Shown here: positions 13,950-25,140 of the stretch, in pieces
How the letters are laid out: each line of letters begins with the position of its first letter
Position numbering within the stretch: the first letter of the stretch is position 1
From: Centroscyllium fabricii
Lineage: Eukaryota
NCBI GenBank assembly: GCA_051313645.2
Contig: JBNRSN020000010.1
Coordinates: 110,236,001-110,300,000 of the forward strand
Direction of reading: 5' to 3'
DNA length: 64,000 nucleotides
Made by a program: the position numbers and the translations under genes
Notes under the pieces: generated by a model
Databases searched by the model: none
The model's input: only the letters and a program-made list of their open reading frames with translations
What the model was told of the DNA's origin: nothing

Positions 13950-14170
13950 ATGCAAGAAGTCACACAACACCAGATTATAGTCCAACGGTTTTATTTTAAA
14001 TCACAAGCTTTCGGAGCTTTTGCCCCTTCGTCAGGTGAATGAGAATCTCATTCACCTGACGAAGGGGCAAAAGCTCCGAAAGCTTGTGATTTAAAATAAA
14101 ACCGTTGGACTATAATCTGGTGTTGTGTGACTTCTTGCATTTGTCCACCCCAGTCCAACACCGGCACCTC
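13950..14170. mobile_element. Penelope-like pseudo-LTR-derived insertion forming a perfect palindrome (13950-14140)
   Basis: Left arm matches the terminus of the Penelope element at 19059-19120. Flanked by the repeat attcttacacta. Confidence 0.85.
14052..14089 (+). ncRNA. Minimal type I hammerhead ribozyme motif (mirror copy on minus strand 14001-14038)
   Basis: tcac-CTGACGA-a-ggggc-aaaa-gctcc-GAAA-gc-TT-gtga: CUGANGA and GAAA cores, stem II, 4-bp stem I and palindromic AAGCTT stem III, as known for Penelope elements. Confidence 0.75.
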
Positions 14171-15158
14171 TACACTATTCTTACACTATGTGCAGCTTGT
14201 AAACCAGAAGATATTGTGGGATAAGGGGGAAGTGGAATGTGAAAAGGAGGGTAAAGTATGATGATACCGGCATCTTGTATTCTTTCAGCCCCACTGCTGG
14301 CCAAAGGCTCAGCCATGCCCCTGCCAAGAAAGGCTGCACAGTCTCCTCCAAGAAGGTTAGTGAAGCGAGAAATGTGAGGTGAGCCTTGTGTTTGGTAGAG
14401 TTTGTTGGAACGTGAGTGATTTGTGGGGGGGGAGGGGGGCGTGTATTGAGTAGTGTGTGAGGCTAATGGTGCAGTTGGAAGGAGATGGCTTTCACTGACC
14501 TTCACCACTCATCTGAAGGCATGAAACTTCTTTGGGCACTGGAGCCAGGTCCTGGGGGGCGATACTGCTGGCAGTGACGGCCTCCATGATCTGGTTCCAC
14601 ATCCTTCTTCTGGAGGGCCTCCTGGTCACCTGTGAGTAGAGGACCTCTCCTCTTACACAAAGCTGGAGTGCTGCATCCGAGACCCTGGGTGATCCTTTCC
14701 TTGGCCTGTTAAGCCATTTGTGTTAGTGCTGAAGCACTTTAGCACTTTTTATGTGCAGAAGGCAGTTCAGCTTTAAGAGCTGCAGACTGCCTTGAAAAGG
14801 AGCAGGCTAGCTTTAAGGAAAGGCAGCCTCACTCCAGCGATGCGAGCTTGGGTCCTCTGCTGAGCGCACAGCCTGTCCGCAATGTATTAGTCGCCAGACT
14901 GTGAACTCATACCATTTTAATTAGCAGGCAGTATCAACCTGATGTGATGCCTGCGCTTTCTGAACGGGCGCGGGCATGTCTCGCATGTGATGCAGTGCCC
15001 AAGCTCATTTTCTGGCCTTATCAAATTTCACCCCATTTTTGTGTTAATATTAATATACCTCACAAGTTTCTTTTCGGATTATTTTTTGCAGGTCTTACTA
15101 TCGTTTTTGTCTTCCTTTGCTTATCTTTACATCTCTACTAGTCCCCTGAATCTACATT

Positions 15159-16270
15159 GGGCCTAAATTTACGACGCCGTCATCAGCCTTGTAAAAGGCT
15201 CCGCAGGTTCTGGGTGTCCGCATGCGTTGCGCGTGAAAACCTGGAACTTGCGATTTGTCAAGGTTTGCCTGGAGAGATCATCCGCATACGCCCCAAAAAC
15301 ACTTCCGCTGGCGCAGATTTGGGCTATTTTCCCAACTACTGCCCAGCAAATGCCCACAAAACCCTTATGCCTGGTAAAAGCAGCATAAGGGTTAGAAACA
15401 TAGAAACATAGAAACTAGGAGCAGGAGTAGGCCATTCGGCCCTTCGAGCCTGCTCTGCCATTCAATGAGATCATGGCTGATCATTCAAACCCAGTACCCT
15501 GTCCCTGCCTTGTCCCCATATCCCTCGATCCCTATCGAGCCTGCATCGACACATATCCCACCCTATCCCCGTAACCCCACACATTTAATCCCCCTAACAC
15601 TAAGGGTCAATTTATCATGGCCAATCAACCTAACCCGCACATCTTTGGACTGTGGGAGGAAACCGGAGCACCTGGAGAAAACCCACGCAGACACGGGGAG
15701 AATGTGCAAACTCCACACAGATAGTACCCGAGGCTGGATTTGAACCCGGGTCTCCAGTGCTGTGAGACAACAGTGCTAACTGCTGTTCCACTGTGCCGCC
15801 CTAAAATAAATTAATATTTAAAAAAATGATTAAAACATTCAAAAACATAAAAAAATAGATTTTCTAAATTTTGGCCTGGATTAAAATGTTAATTAATTTT
15901 TTATTTTAAATGCTTAATTAAAGGGACTTTTAATTAATTTTGAACATGGGAACATTATTTTTGCTTCAGCTGTGTTAACTATTTATTGAGTTGGGGATTC
16001 CTCATAAGCTTATGGGGTTTCCGTTCGTAAATAGAATCCCAATAAACTTATGATGAATCCCCCTTTTTAATTGGTTGACCTGGCCCACGTGATCCCAGGG
16101 ACGCTTGTGAACCGTCTGCATCCCTGGGTCTGTGGGCCTTTATGCAGGCAATGCCTGGAGGCCCAGGAACAGAGGACTCCGAAGCCCGGGAGCTAGCATG
16201 TAGGTTCAGATTTTTTTTCTGGTCGGAGGCGTACGCTGAAGTTACGCCTCCGACTGCAAATTTCACCCCA
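15159..16270. mobile_element. Harbinger-type MITE inserted in the CR1
   Basis: gggcctaaattt ... aaatttcacccc ends with att/att TSD. The CR1 frame rejoins across it. Confidence 0.75.
15393..15801 (-). mobile_element. HE1-like V-SINE (tRNA head, V domain, CR1-derived tail)
   Basis: Minus strand: gggcggcacagtgg A box, gggttcaaatcc B box, V-domain tctgtgtggagtttgcacattctccccgtgtctgcgtgggttt, and a (tttctatg)n tail. Confidence 0.85.
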
Positions 16271-16654
16271 TTATTCTTTGCACTTTTGTATGCTCTTTCC
16301 TTTAATTTTATGTTATCTCTCACCTCCTTTGTTGACCATAGCTGTTTAATTTGCTAAATAGAGTCCTTTCCCCTTAGAGGTGTATATATACTGGCCTTGT
16401 ATTCAGCTGAATTCCTTTTTGAACACCACTCACTGTTCATCTACAGTTTTACCCAATAACAGTTTTGACCAGTTTGCTGTCATTGATCTCTGCCTCAACC
16501 CGTTAAATTTAGCCTTACCAATATTTGGAATCTTAGTAACTGAGTTTTTTAAACCCAACATTAAATTCAATCATATTATGATCACTGTTAGATAAATGTT
16601 CCCTTACTGTTAGATTATCAACTAAGTCTGGCACATTACTCATTATTAAATCTA

Positions 16655-17390
16655 AGATAATAAGATAAGATAAGATTCAATTTATTGTCATTGTAAAGTG
16701 AACATACACAAAACAACAAAATGCAAACATGCAATCTCCCAAATTATTAAATGTCCTTTAGTCCCAGTCTGATCCATTCCATCCCACCAGGACCACCCGG
16801 CGCTGCAGCCACGATGCGCCCGGTGCCGGCCACGCAGGCCCTGGCGCTCCAGCCACGACGGCCTCGCAGCTCCCGGCCCCCGACGGCCTCGCAGCTCTCG
16901 CCGCCTGACGGCCCCACAGCTCTCAGAGCCCGACGGCCCCACAGCTCTCCGAGCCCGACGGCCCCACAGCTCACCGAGCCCGACGGCCCCACAGCTCTCC
17001 GAGCCCGACGGCCCCACAGCTCACCGAGCCCGACGGCCCCACAGCCCCACAGCTCTCCGAGCCTGACGGCCCCACGGCTCTCCGAGCCTGACGGCCCCAC
17101 GAGCTCCACGGCCCCATGGCTCTCCGAGCCTGATGGCCCCACGGCTTTCCGAGCCCGACGGCTCTTCGAGCCCGACGGCCCCACAGCTCTCCGAGCCCGC
17201 TCTCAGCATCCCGGCGCTCCGACGACCACGACGGCTTTTTCAGCACCGGTGCCCCGATTGAGAAGCACCGGTGCTCTACTCCACCGACCCCGCCGTCCTC
17301 TCCAGGAACAGTGTGGGAACCAGGGACAGTAAAAAATCAGGAGCCGCAAAGCCGCTGCGTCTATGCGCACCGCCATCTTGTTTCCAAGAT
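16655..17390 (-). mobile_element. Short non-autonomous retroposon-like insert with internal GC-rich ~29-bp tandem repeat (16850-17200)
   Basis: 5' end aagatggcg, 3' aataaa plus (tctta)n tail. Repeat unit ~gagcccgacggccccacagctctcc. Interrupts the CR1. Confidence 0.6.
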
Positions 17391-19058
17391 TCTAGTATGG
17401 CTTGCCCGCTTATTGGATCTAGAACATATTGTTCCAGAAAACTATCTTGAATGCACTCAAGAAATTCACTACCTTTCTGACGTGAGTTACTCTGATCTTC
17501 CCAATCTGGATGCAAATTAAAGTCTCCCACTAAAACAAGTCTGCTTTTGCTACAACCCTCTCTAATCTCTGAATTAATACATTTGGGGAAAAATTTGGTA
17601 TCGACCATTTTGGGGTGCTAGCATCGCCCGGGCAAACTTTAGCACCAGGCGCTAATTAGCGCCGACGACCGCAAAATTCAGTTTTAACGCCCCTAGTGGG
17701 AAATGGAGCGTTAAATCAAGCGTGACACACTTCTCTTAGGGTGCTAACATTGGGGAGCAGGGCGCTCTTGCAATTTGCATATAATTTATTTGCACTACTC
17801 TCGGGAGCATCGAGTCTTCATCTCATTGTATTGTACTAGTACTCAATACTAGTACGCAATGACAATCAAACTTGAATTGAATTGAATTGAATTGAATACT
17901 GCAGATGCTACTCAAGTTCCGGCACTGTCAATTACAAGTACACAGACAGACTGATGCCTTCCAGTTCTTAAAGGGGAGGTTCAATCAAGCTGCACAGCCT
18001 CATTCTGATCATTGGTGCTTGTGACCTGGGCCTGCAAGGAGCTGCAATCCATTAAGCACAAATCTCATGGCTGATCAGAGGCCCAGGGAGAGAGCTCGTC
18101 GGTTCAGCAACCAAGCATTGGAGGCTCTGGTTGCAGCTGTGGAATGCTGACAGACAGTGTTGTTCCCAAACACTGGCAGGAGGCCATTGCCGCAGAAGTT
18201 CAGAAGAATGTGGAAGGGGGTGGCCCAGTACATCTCGACACGAAGTGTGGTCCACAGGATTCACACTCAGTGCCATAAGAAGTTCAACGACCTCACTCAG
18301 GTGGTCAGGGTGAGTATATGCTTCAAAAGCCTCTACATCCTGTCATCTCAACCTCACTCTGTGCACAGATGGTGTTTAAAAAGTAAATGAGCAGTTGCAA
18401 AGTATGAGATCTGTGATCATGAACATATTCTGAGGTTGAATTGTAAACTATTGATTACATTTCTTATAGTAATTGTGACAACCCCGTTCCCGAGTCTGAG
18501 GGGGAATGATGTCACGGGGTTGGAGGACATAAGCACAACACATGTTTGTCTACTGGAAACAGCATTTGGCTGTGGTTTATTTAAACATCGGGGCCCAATT
18601 CCCTCATCTGATAGAGTCCTTCGTCCTCTCTTGAGGTTCGAACCAATAAGTCCTTTATACCCGTCCGCCCAAAGTCATAAGCTCGGGGTTTACTTTACCC
18701 TCTACTCTGGGCCCTCAGGCCTTCTCTTGGTAGTTTGGTCGTCGAATTGCTGCTGGCTGAGGTCCTGGGTTCTGGCTCTGTCAACAGGCTCGACAAGTTT
18801 CCAACTCTCCCATAAAGAGACCCTCAGAACTGCTCCAGCTCCCTTTTTAAGAGCTGAGCTAAAGGGAAAGAATAGCTTCGGGTGTGGTGGCTTTACCTAA
18901 ATTGGGTACAGAGAGATGGGGACTTTGTTTCCATCTAGTAGCCACATATCGTCCATCCACCACAGACTGCCCCCTTAGCTCACATACTCCTCCCAAGCAG
19001 GGAAATGGATTTGAAATTTACTTTCGGGGGAAATTCAGAAAACAACCTGCTTGATACT

Positions 19059-21305
19059 GTAAGAAGTCACACAACACCAGGTTTAGGTCTAACAGTTTTA
19101 TTTGAAATCACAACCTTTCCAGCCGCATCTGTGTAGCGAGAACAAGCCAATGACGACTCGAGTCTGGATGACTCTACATCAGGTGGGGTTACATGTAGCG
19201 TGACATGAGCCCAAGATCCCGGTTGAGGCCGTCCTCATGAGTGTGGAACTTGGCTATCAGTTTCTGCTGAATGATTTTGCGTTGTTGTGTGTCTCGAAGG
19301 CCACCTTGGAGAATGCTTTCCCAAAGATCGGAGGCTGAATGTCCTTGACTGCTGAAGTGTTCCCTGACTGGGAGGGAACACTCCTGCTTGGCGATTGTTG
19401 TGCGGTGTCCGTTCATCCGTTGTCGCAGTTTCTGCATGGTCTCGCCGATGTACCATGCTCCGGGGCATCCTTTCCTGCAATGTATGAGGTAGACAACGTT
19501 GGCCGAGTCACATGAGTATGTACCATGTACCTGGTGGGTGGTGTCCTCATGTGTGATGATGGTATCTGTGTTGATGATCTGGCATGTCTTGCAGAGGTTG
19601 CCGTGGCAGGGTTGTGTGGTGTCGTGGTTGCTGTTCTCCTGAAAGCTGGGTAATTTGCTGCGAACGATGGTCTGTTTGAGGTTAGGCGAGTAGTGGAGGC
19701 ATGGGGATAGCCTTAGTGAGGTGTTTGTCATCATTGATGACATGTTGAAGGCTGTGAAGAACATGGCGTAGTTTCTCCACTCCGGGGAAGTACTGGACGA
19801 CGAAGGGTACTCTGTTGGTCGTGTCCCGTGTTTGTTTTCTGAGGAGGTCTATGCAATTTTTCGCTGTGGCCCGTCGGAACTGTCGATCAACGAGTCGAGT
19901 GTCATATCCCGTTCTTACAAGGGCATCTTTCAGCATCTGTAGGTGTCCATCGCATTGCTCCTCGTCTGAGCGGATCCTGTGTATTCGCAGGGCTTGTCCA
20001 TAGGCGATGGCTTCTTTCATGTGGTTAGGATGGAAGCTGGAGAAGTGGAGCATCGTGAGGTTGTCCATGGGCTTGCGGTAGAGTGAAGTGCTGAGGTGTC
20101 CATCTTTGATGGAGATTCGTGTGTCCAAGAATGAAATCGATTCTGAGGAGTAGTCAATGGTGAGTTTGATGGTGAGACGGAACTTATGATGTTATCGTGT
20201 AGTCTTTTCAGTGATTCTTCTCCATGGGTCCATAGGAGGAAAATGTCATCGATGTATCTGGTGTATAGCATTGGTTGGAGTTCCTGTGCAGCGAAGAAGT
20301 CTTGCTCGAACTTGTGCATGAAGATGTTGGCGTATTGGGCTGTGAATTTGGTCCCCATGGCTGTTCCATGTGTTTGGGCAAATAACTGGTTGTCGAAGGT
20401 GAAGACATTGTTGTCAAGGATGAAGCGGATGAGTTGTAGGATGGCATCCGGAGATGGTCTGTTGTTGGTGTTAAGTACTGAGGCTGTCGCAGTTATGCCG
20501 TCATCATGGGGGATATTGGTGTAGAGTGCCGAGACGTCCATCGTGGCGAGGAGTGTTCCTGGTTCAACTGGTTCGTGGGTGCTGAGTTTCTGTAAGAAGT
20601 CTGTAGTGTCGTGGCAGAAGCTGGGGGTTCCCTGTACGATGGGTTTCAGGATGCCCTTGATGTATCCAGAGACGTTCTCACACAGGGTTCCATTGCCTGA
20701 TACGATAGGGCGGCCGGGTGCATTGGCTTTGTGTATCTTTGGGAGGCAGTAGAAGTCTCCCACGCAGGGATACATGGGATCAGAGCACGTAGGATGCTCT
20801 GAAGGTCAGGATCGAAGGTCTTGATTATTCTGTTGAGTTGGCGGGTGTGTTCTTTGGTCAGATCTGCGGTTAACTCTCTGTAGTGTTCTTGGTTGTCCAG
20901 TTGTCGGTATGCTTCTTTGCAATAGATCATTCTGTTCTGTATGACGATGGCTCCTCCCTTGTCTGCTGGTTTGATGACGATGTTGCGGTTGGTCTTGAGA
21001 GTGTGGATGGCATTGCGTTGTGCTCGAGTGACATTCTGGACTGTCTTGTGAGTGCGGCTGATGAATCTGGCATTGATACATCTCCTGACAGCTTGAGCAT
21101 ACATGTCAAGCTTAGGGCAGCGGCCCTCCGGAGGGGTCCAATTTGACTCTTTCTTCTTCAGTTGCTGCACTGCGGATCCCTCTGTCTGCTGTTCCGGATC
21201 ATTGATTGTCTCATTGGGTTCGCTGCTGACATCTTGGGATCTGTGGAAGAATTCCTGACTGCGGAAATGCTGGCTGTTTCCCAAATGACCAGTTTAAACT
21301 CCATT
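19059..21305 (-). mobile_element. Penelope-like element (RT + GIY-YIG endonuclease), 5'-truncated and frameshifted
   Basis: ORFs 20646-21284 (IVIKPADKGGAIV), 20017-20775 (FYCLPKIHK, GTAMG, RYIDD), 19682-20128 and 19189-19764 (NVVYLIHC...WYIGET...HEDGLN). Flanking repeat cttgatactgt at 19050-60 and 21306-16. Confidence 0.92.
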
Positions 21306-22805
21306 CTTGATACTGTGCATCCTTTACATTTTTTTGTGATTTTACTGAAATGCTTAAAATATTTACAGTGTAATTTGTCCCAACACTCACCCAACAACTA
21401 TGCCCATCTACTAAAAGTCACATCCACATCTTACGCCTTGCATACATTAACAGCTATTCAACTATGGTAGGCACATCTGTCAAACACATGGCTGCACACT
21501 CACGCGCTGTCCTTTTTCTTGCAGGCCAAGCTTGCTCATAACAGCAGGGAGCAGCTGTGCATGGGAGGAGATCAGGTGGAGCAACACACCCTTAAAAAGC
21601 TGGAGGAGCGAGTGCACAGCAGCATCGCGGCCCAGGCTGTGGGTGCTGTGGCAATCTGACAGGTCGAGCTCCTTGGAGACAGCAACGGTATGTTCATCAA
21701 TCTTCCTCTTCTCTCATCCCACTTACCCCCACAACACAAGCCCTTCCCACTTTCTATCTAAGTGTACTGTCTCCATTCCTTACTCCCTTCCTGCCCCCTC
21801 CCCTGATGTTAAACCTACTCTTGTACCTTTCAGATAATCAGCCACCATCTGACCATCCTGTCCCTCAGCCTCCCAGTGGCAGTGACGCGGGAGACGGGGA
21901 GGAGGAACACCAAGCCGGAACCTCACTGCCTGTGTCTCCTGAGGACGAGATATCTGATAATGGGGCCACGCGGTTGCTGGAGGGGAGCAGAGGAAATGGC
22001 CCAGATGTGGGTGAAGCTCAGGGACCCAGCGGGCCGCAGCAATGCCATGGGGAAAGGGAAGCTCAGGGGCCATCTCCCGGGAGGGTCAGTGCGCGCACAA
22101 GTTCTGCTGCACAGGACTCGGATAAGGACCTAGATGTGGAGGCGATGACCACACAGGTGATGAGCATGCATACTGAGCTAATGGGTGCAATGGCAAGGCT
22201 GCCCGAGAACATGGATGCACTGGATAGGAGCATGGAGGAGTCGACCTCCAGCATTGCTCTCATCTCTGCGCAAACCATCAAAACCATCCTTGGTACTTTG
22301 CAGAGGATGGTTGACTCGCAGAGAGACCATGGGCCCCAGACCTCATGCCGCGTGTCATGGGTGAGGTGGCAGCAGCTACTGCAGCACAGGCCGAGGGAAC
22401 GCAACAGCTTAGTGCTGAAATGGATTCAATGATTGGTGGCATCCAATCTCAGACATGCTGACTGTTGCCATTGTCACTGGGTCGCCCACTGTCCACCGAG
22501 AATCTCACAGTGCTGCAGCAGGCCAACAATCTGTGCTTGAACAGATGGGTCAGGAAGCTGAGGTTCTGCCCTGGGGGTGTGACAGTGTGTCAGTCAAGCA
22601 GGAAGTTACTGTCCTCTCTCAGGATGACAGCATTCCTGCTCCGACCACTGACCTCCGCCATTGCACTTGCCGTAGCCTGTAACCCAGCCATCCCAGACTG
22701 CTGCCGCCCATGCTAAGTTGGTGCAATCTGCAGCCGGGACTTTCAGGCCCAGAGCTGGTCGAGGGTGTTCTGCAAGACCAACTGGTGCCTCTGGTTCCCA
22801 GACTC

Positions 22806-25140
22806 TGTAGGGGGTGGCCTGTGGGTCAGCTTTGCCTCTGACTGTTTGAGCGGTTCGAATCGCTCCTATGTCCCTTAGGTTCTAAACTCTGGACTTAGGT
22901 ATAGGCTGCGATACAAAATTGAATTAGACAACTGGTTTGGTGCAAGAAAACTGTGTTTTATTAGAGTCACAATAAAATTAGAACATTGAAAAATTACACT
23001 TAGATTACTGGAATAGTTACAGACATTCAAGAGTACACTTAATTAGGAATGGGGAACACACGGCACAATAAGGGAAAAATCACATTAATAATCCCCCTAC
23101 CCTTGTCCCACCCACAATATCAAACTAAATTGTACTAAAAAAGGGTCAGGGATCATGCTCACCAACACGGGTTTCTTGACAGTTTGAATCCTGTCAGTTA
23201 AGCCAGTTGCGTTTTTGGGGTTCACTCTTTCTGTCCTCTGGGGCCTGCCAGCTCCACGTGGTACCAGTCTTAGAATCTGCGAAGGTTATTCAGTTTGGTG
23301 GAGTTCGCTGATGCGGTTGGGCGCGGTTGTGGATTTGTCTGGTGAGTACCCACTTTTTTCTGTTAGAAATAGGGAGATTAAAGTCTTTGTTGGGTACTTT
23401 AGCTTGTAGAGTGGAAAACCTCGAGTTTTGTTCTTCCGGTGGTCATCTGGTCGTCAAGTTTTGTTGCAGTCGGGGTTCAGTTAACGGTCTTTGATGTCGG
23501 CTCGGTCGCGGAAGCCTAGATCACTACCTGTGTAGTGGTAATGATCTGAAGGTATGGTTTTCCCAGCCCTTTGTTACCGCAGTGCTCGTGGTCAGTCCTC
23601 GTGTCGGGCTGCAGTTGCAGCCTTGTTGTCTCCGGTCGAGCCTGCCCCACAATGCCCTCTCACCGTGATGTAGCGTGAGCCTTTCTGTTGGCTCCTTTAC
23701 GAATGCTTGCCCAACTGCTCCTTTGAATGCTTGCCTGCTTGGTTATGGGTGGGCCTACAGTTATACTGTTTTTGAATTTGTTATCTGCGTGCCAAATCAG
23801 GGTTATTTCTTTGTCTGATTTTTGGCAGGCCTGTTAAGGGGATTATAGCCATTCACCTTAACTGTTTTTTGGGCAGTTGTCTCATTGCTAAATGGCTTTA
23901 ATGTCTTGGGTATTTGTTATGCATAATGTTAATCAGTGTCTCCCTGGCTTGGTAGTTAGTTCAAAGATGGCTTTAATGTCTTGGGTGTTTGTCATACATA
24001 ATGTTAATCGGTGTCTTCCTGGCTTGGTAGCTAGTTTGAACTGTAAGCAATTATTTATACATACTTTTGATGGGCTTTAGGTTTGTGCATGATTAAGGGG
24101 GCTAAATCGGTCAGCCCACGTTTTGTGGCACTGACCTCGGCGCAGCGCTATTTTTATCGCCTGGCGCTAGGTAGTGCAGTTAGGGGTAAAATTCGTCTGC
24201 AGCGTCCCCCCCATAGTAGGAGGGCGGGTGCTAAAACATGCGCCCGCCCTCGTTCTTGGGGCACTGCAGCCGAATTTGTGGGCGCTGGAGGTCGCTGCAC
24301 CACGCAGCGCACAGTGGTGGCCCACAGTACTGCAGGCCTTCCTCCCAGATTAAAGGGGAGGGGCCTAGAGCGGCTGCGGCCAGAGCCCCACGGGGCCACC
24401 GTGGGATGAGATTCACCACAAGAAGCCCGGCACTGGAGGGAAGTGCCAAGCTCAGTTGCCGGAGGCCTGACACCGCAGGGGGAGCAGCGGGGGAGGCTGG
24501 GGGAGGCAGAGGGACAAGGTGCTTGCAGTCGGCCAGCAATAAAAATGGCTGACCTACACACTCCCCTTTAAGCAGTGCTCCCCCGCTGCTGTTATGGCCT
24601 GACAAAGCTGGTACGGGCAGTCCCTAGTGCCCAGCGATAACTCAGCGGGCGCTGCCCAATTTCAGTCGCAGGAACCAGAATATCGCTACGCGTTGTGATG
24701 ACGTCATTCCCGTTGGCCAGCTGGGTGCAAAATTCAGTAGGGCGCTACCAGTTAACACCCAACTTAGCGCTCCACTGAATTTTGTGCGGCGCAAGTGCTG
24801 GCGCTAATTGTGTAGTGCCCCATTAGCCCCATTTTTGGGTGCTAACGGGCTGGTGCAAGAAGGCAAATTTCGCGCCCTAAGTCTTTTCCTGAGTTGACTC
24901 TTAAAAATGTGTATTCTGTCTCGTCCAGTTGTCTGGTTTCAAAAGCTGCTCCCGGCAAGCCCAGGCATGTCAGGTTTTAAGCTTTTGAACTTGACATCCT
25001 GCCTGCAGGGTTCTACTTTAACCTTGCAGTTTTTGCCACAATGTCCAAAAGCCATTTCTTTCAGGGTTCCCTTTATCGATAACTTGTCCTTCAGGGTCCC
25101 TTAATAACTTGGGAAATGTGGGAATTTTGAGAATCCTACA
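22806..25140 (-). mobile_element. Long solo-LTR-like insertion in the Myb gene
   Basis: TGTAGG...CCTACA termini, minus-strand AATAAA near 22957 and a short imperfect (a)ctc flank repeat. Host sequence resumes at 25141. Confidence 0.55.
24097..24877. mobile_element. Harbinger-type MITE inside the solo LTR
   Basis: gggggctaaat / aaatttcgcgccc ends with TAA/TAA TSD. Related sequence at ~51895-52344. Confidence 0.75.

Larger units (their letters stand above)
13200..15033. mobile_element. Degenerate Harbinger derivative; Myb/SANT-like exon remnant on minus strand (~14500-14720)
   Basis: Minus strand reads WNQIMEAVTASSIAPRTWLQCPKKF followed by a GT donor. Ends in aaatttcacccc|att. Confidence 0.55.

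Noticed and set aside
15730-15801. tRNA gene
   Set aside because: tRNA-derived head of the V-SINE, not a full cloverleaf gene.
16688-17332. Pro/Ser-rich 193-aa ORF and a repeat array that could be mistaken for CRISPR
   Set aside because: Tandem units with no unique spacers, no cas genes and a eukaryotic context; the ORFs come from the GC-rich repeat.
18474-18985. Possible solo LTR starting TGTGACA
   Set aside because: I could not find a matching end with a TSD; left uncalled.
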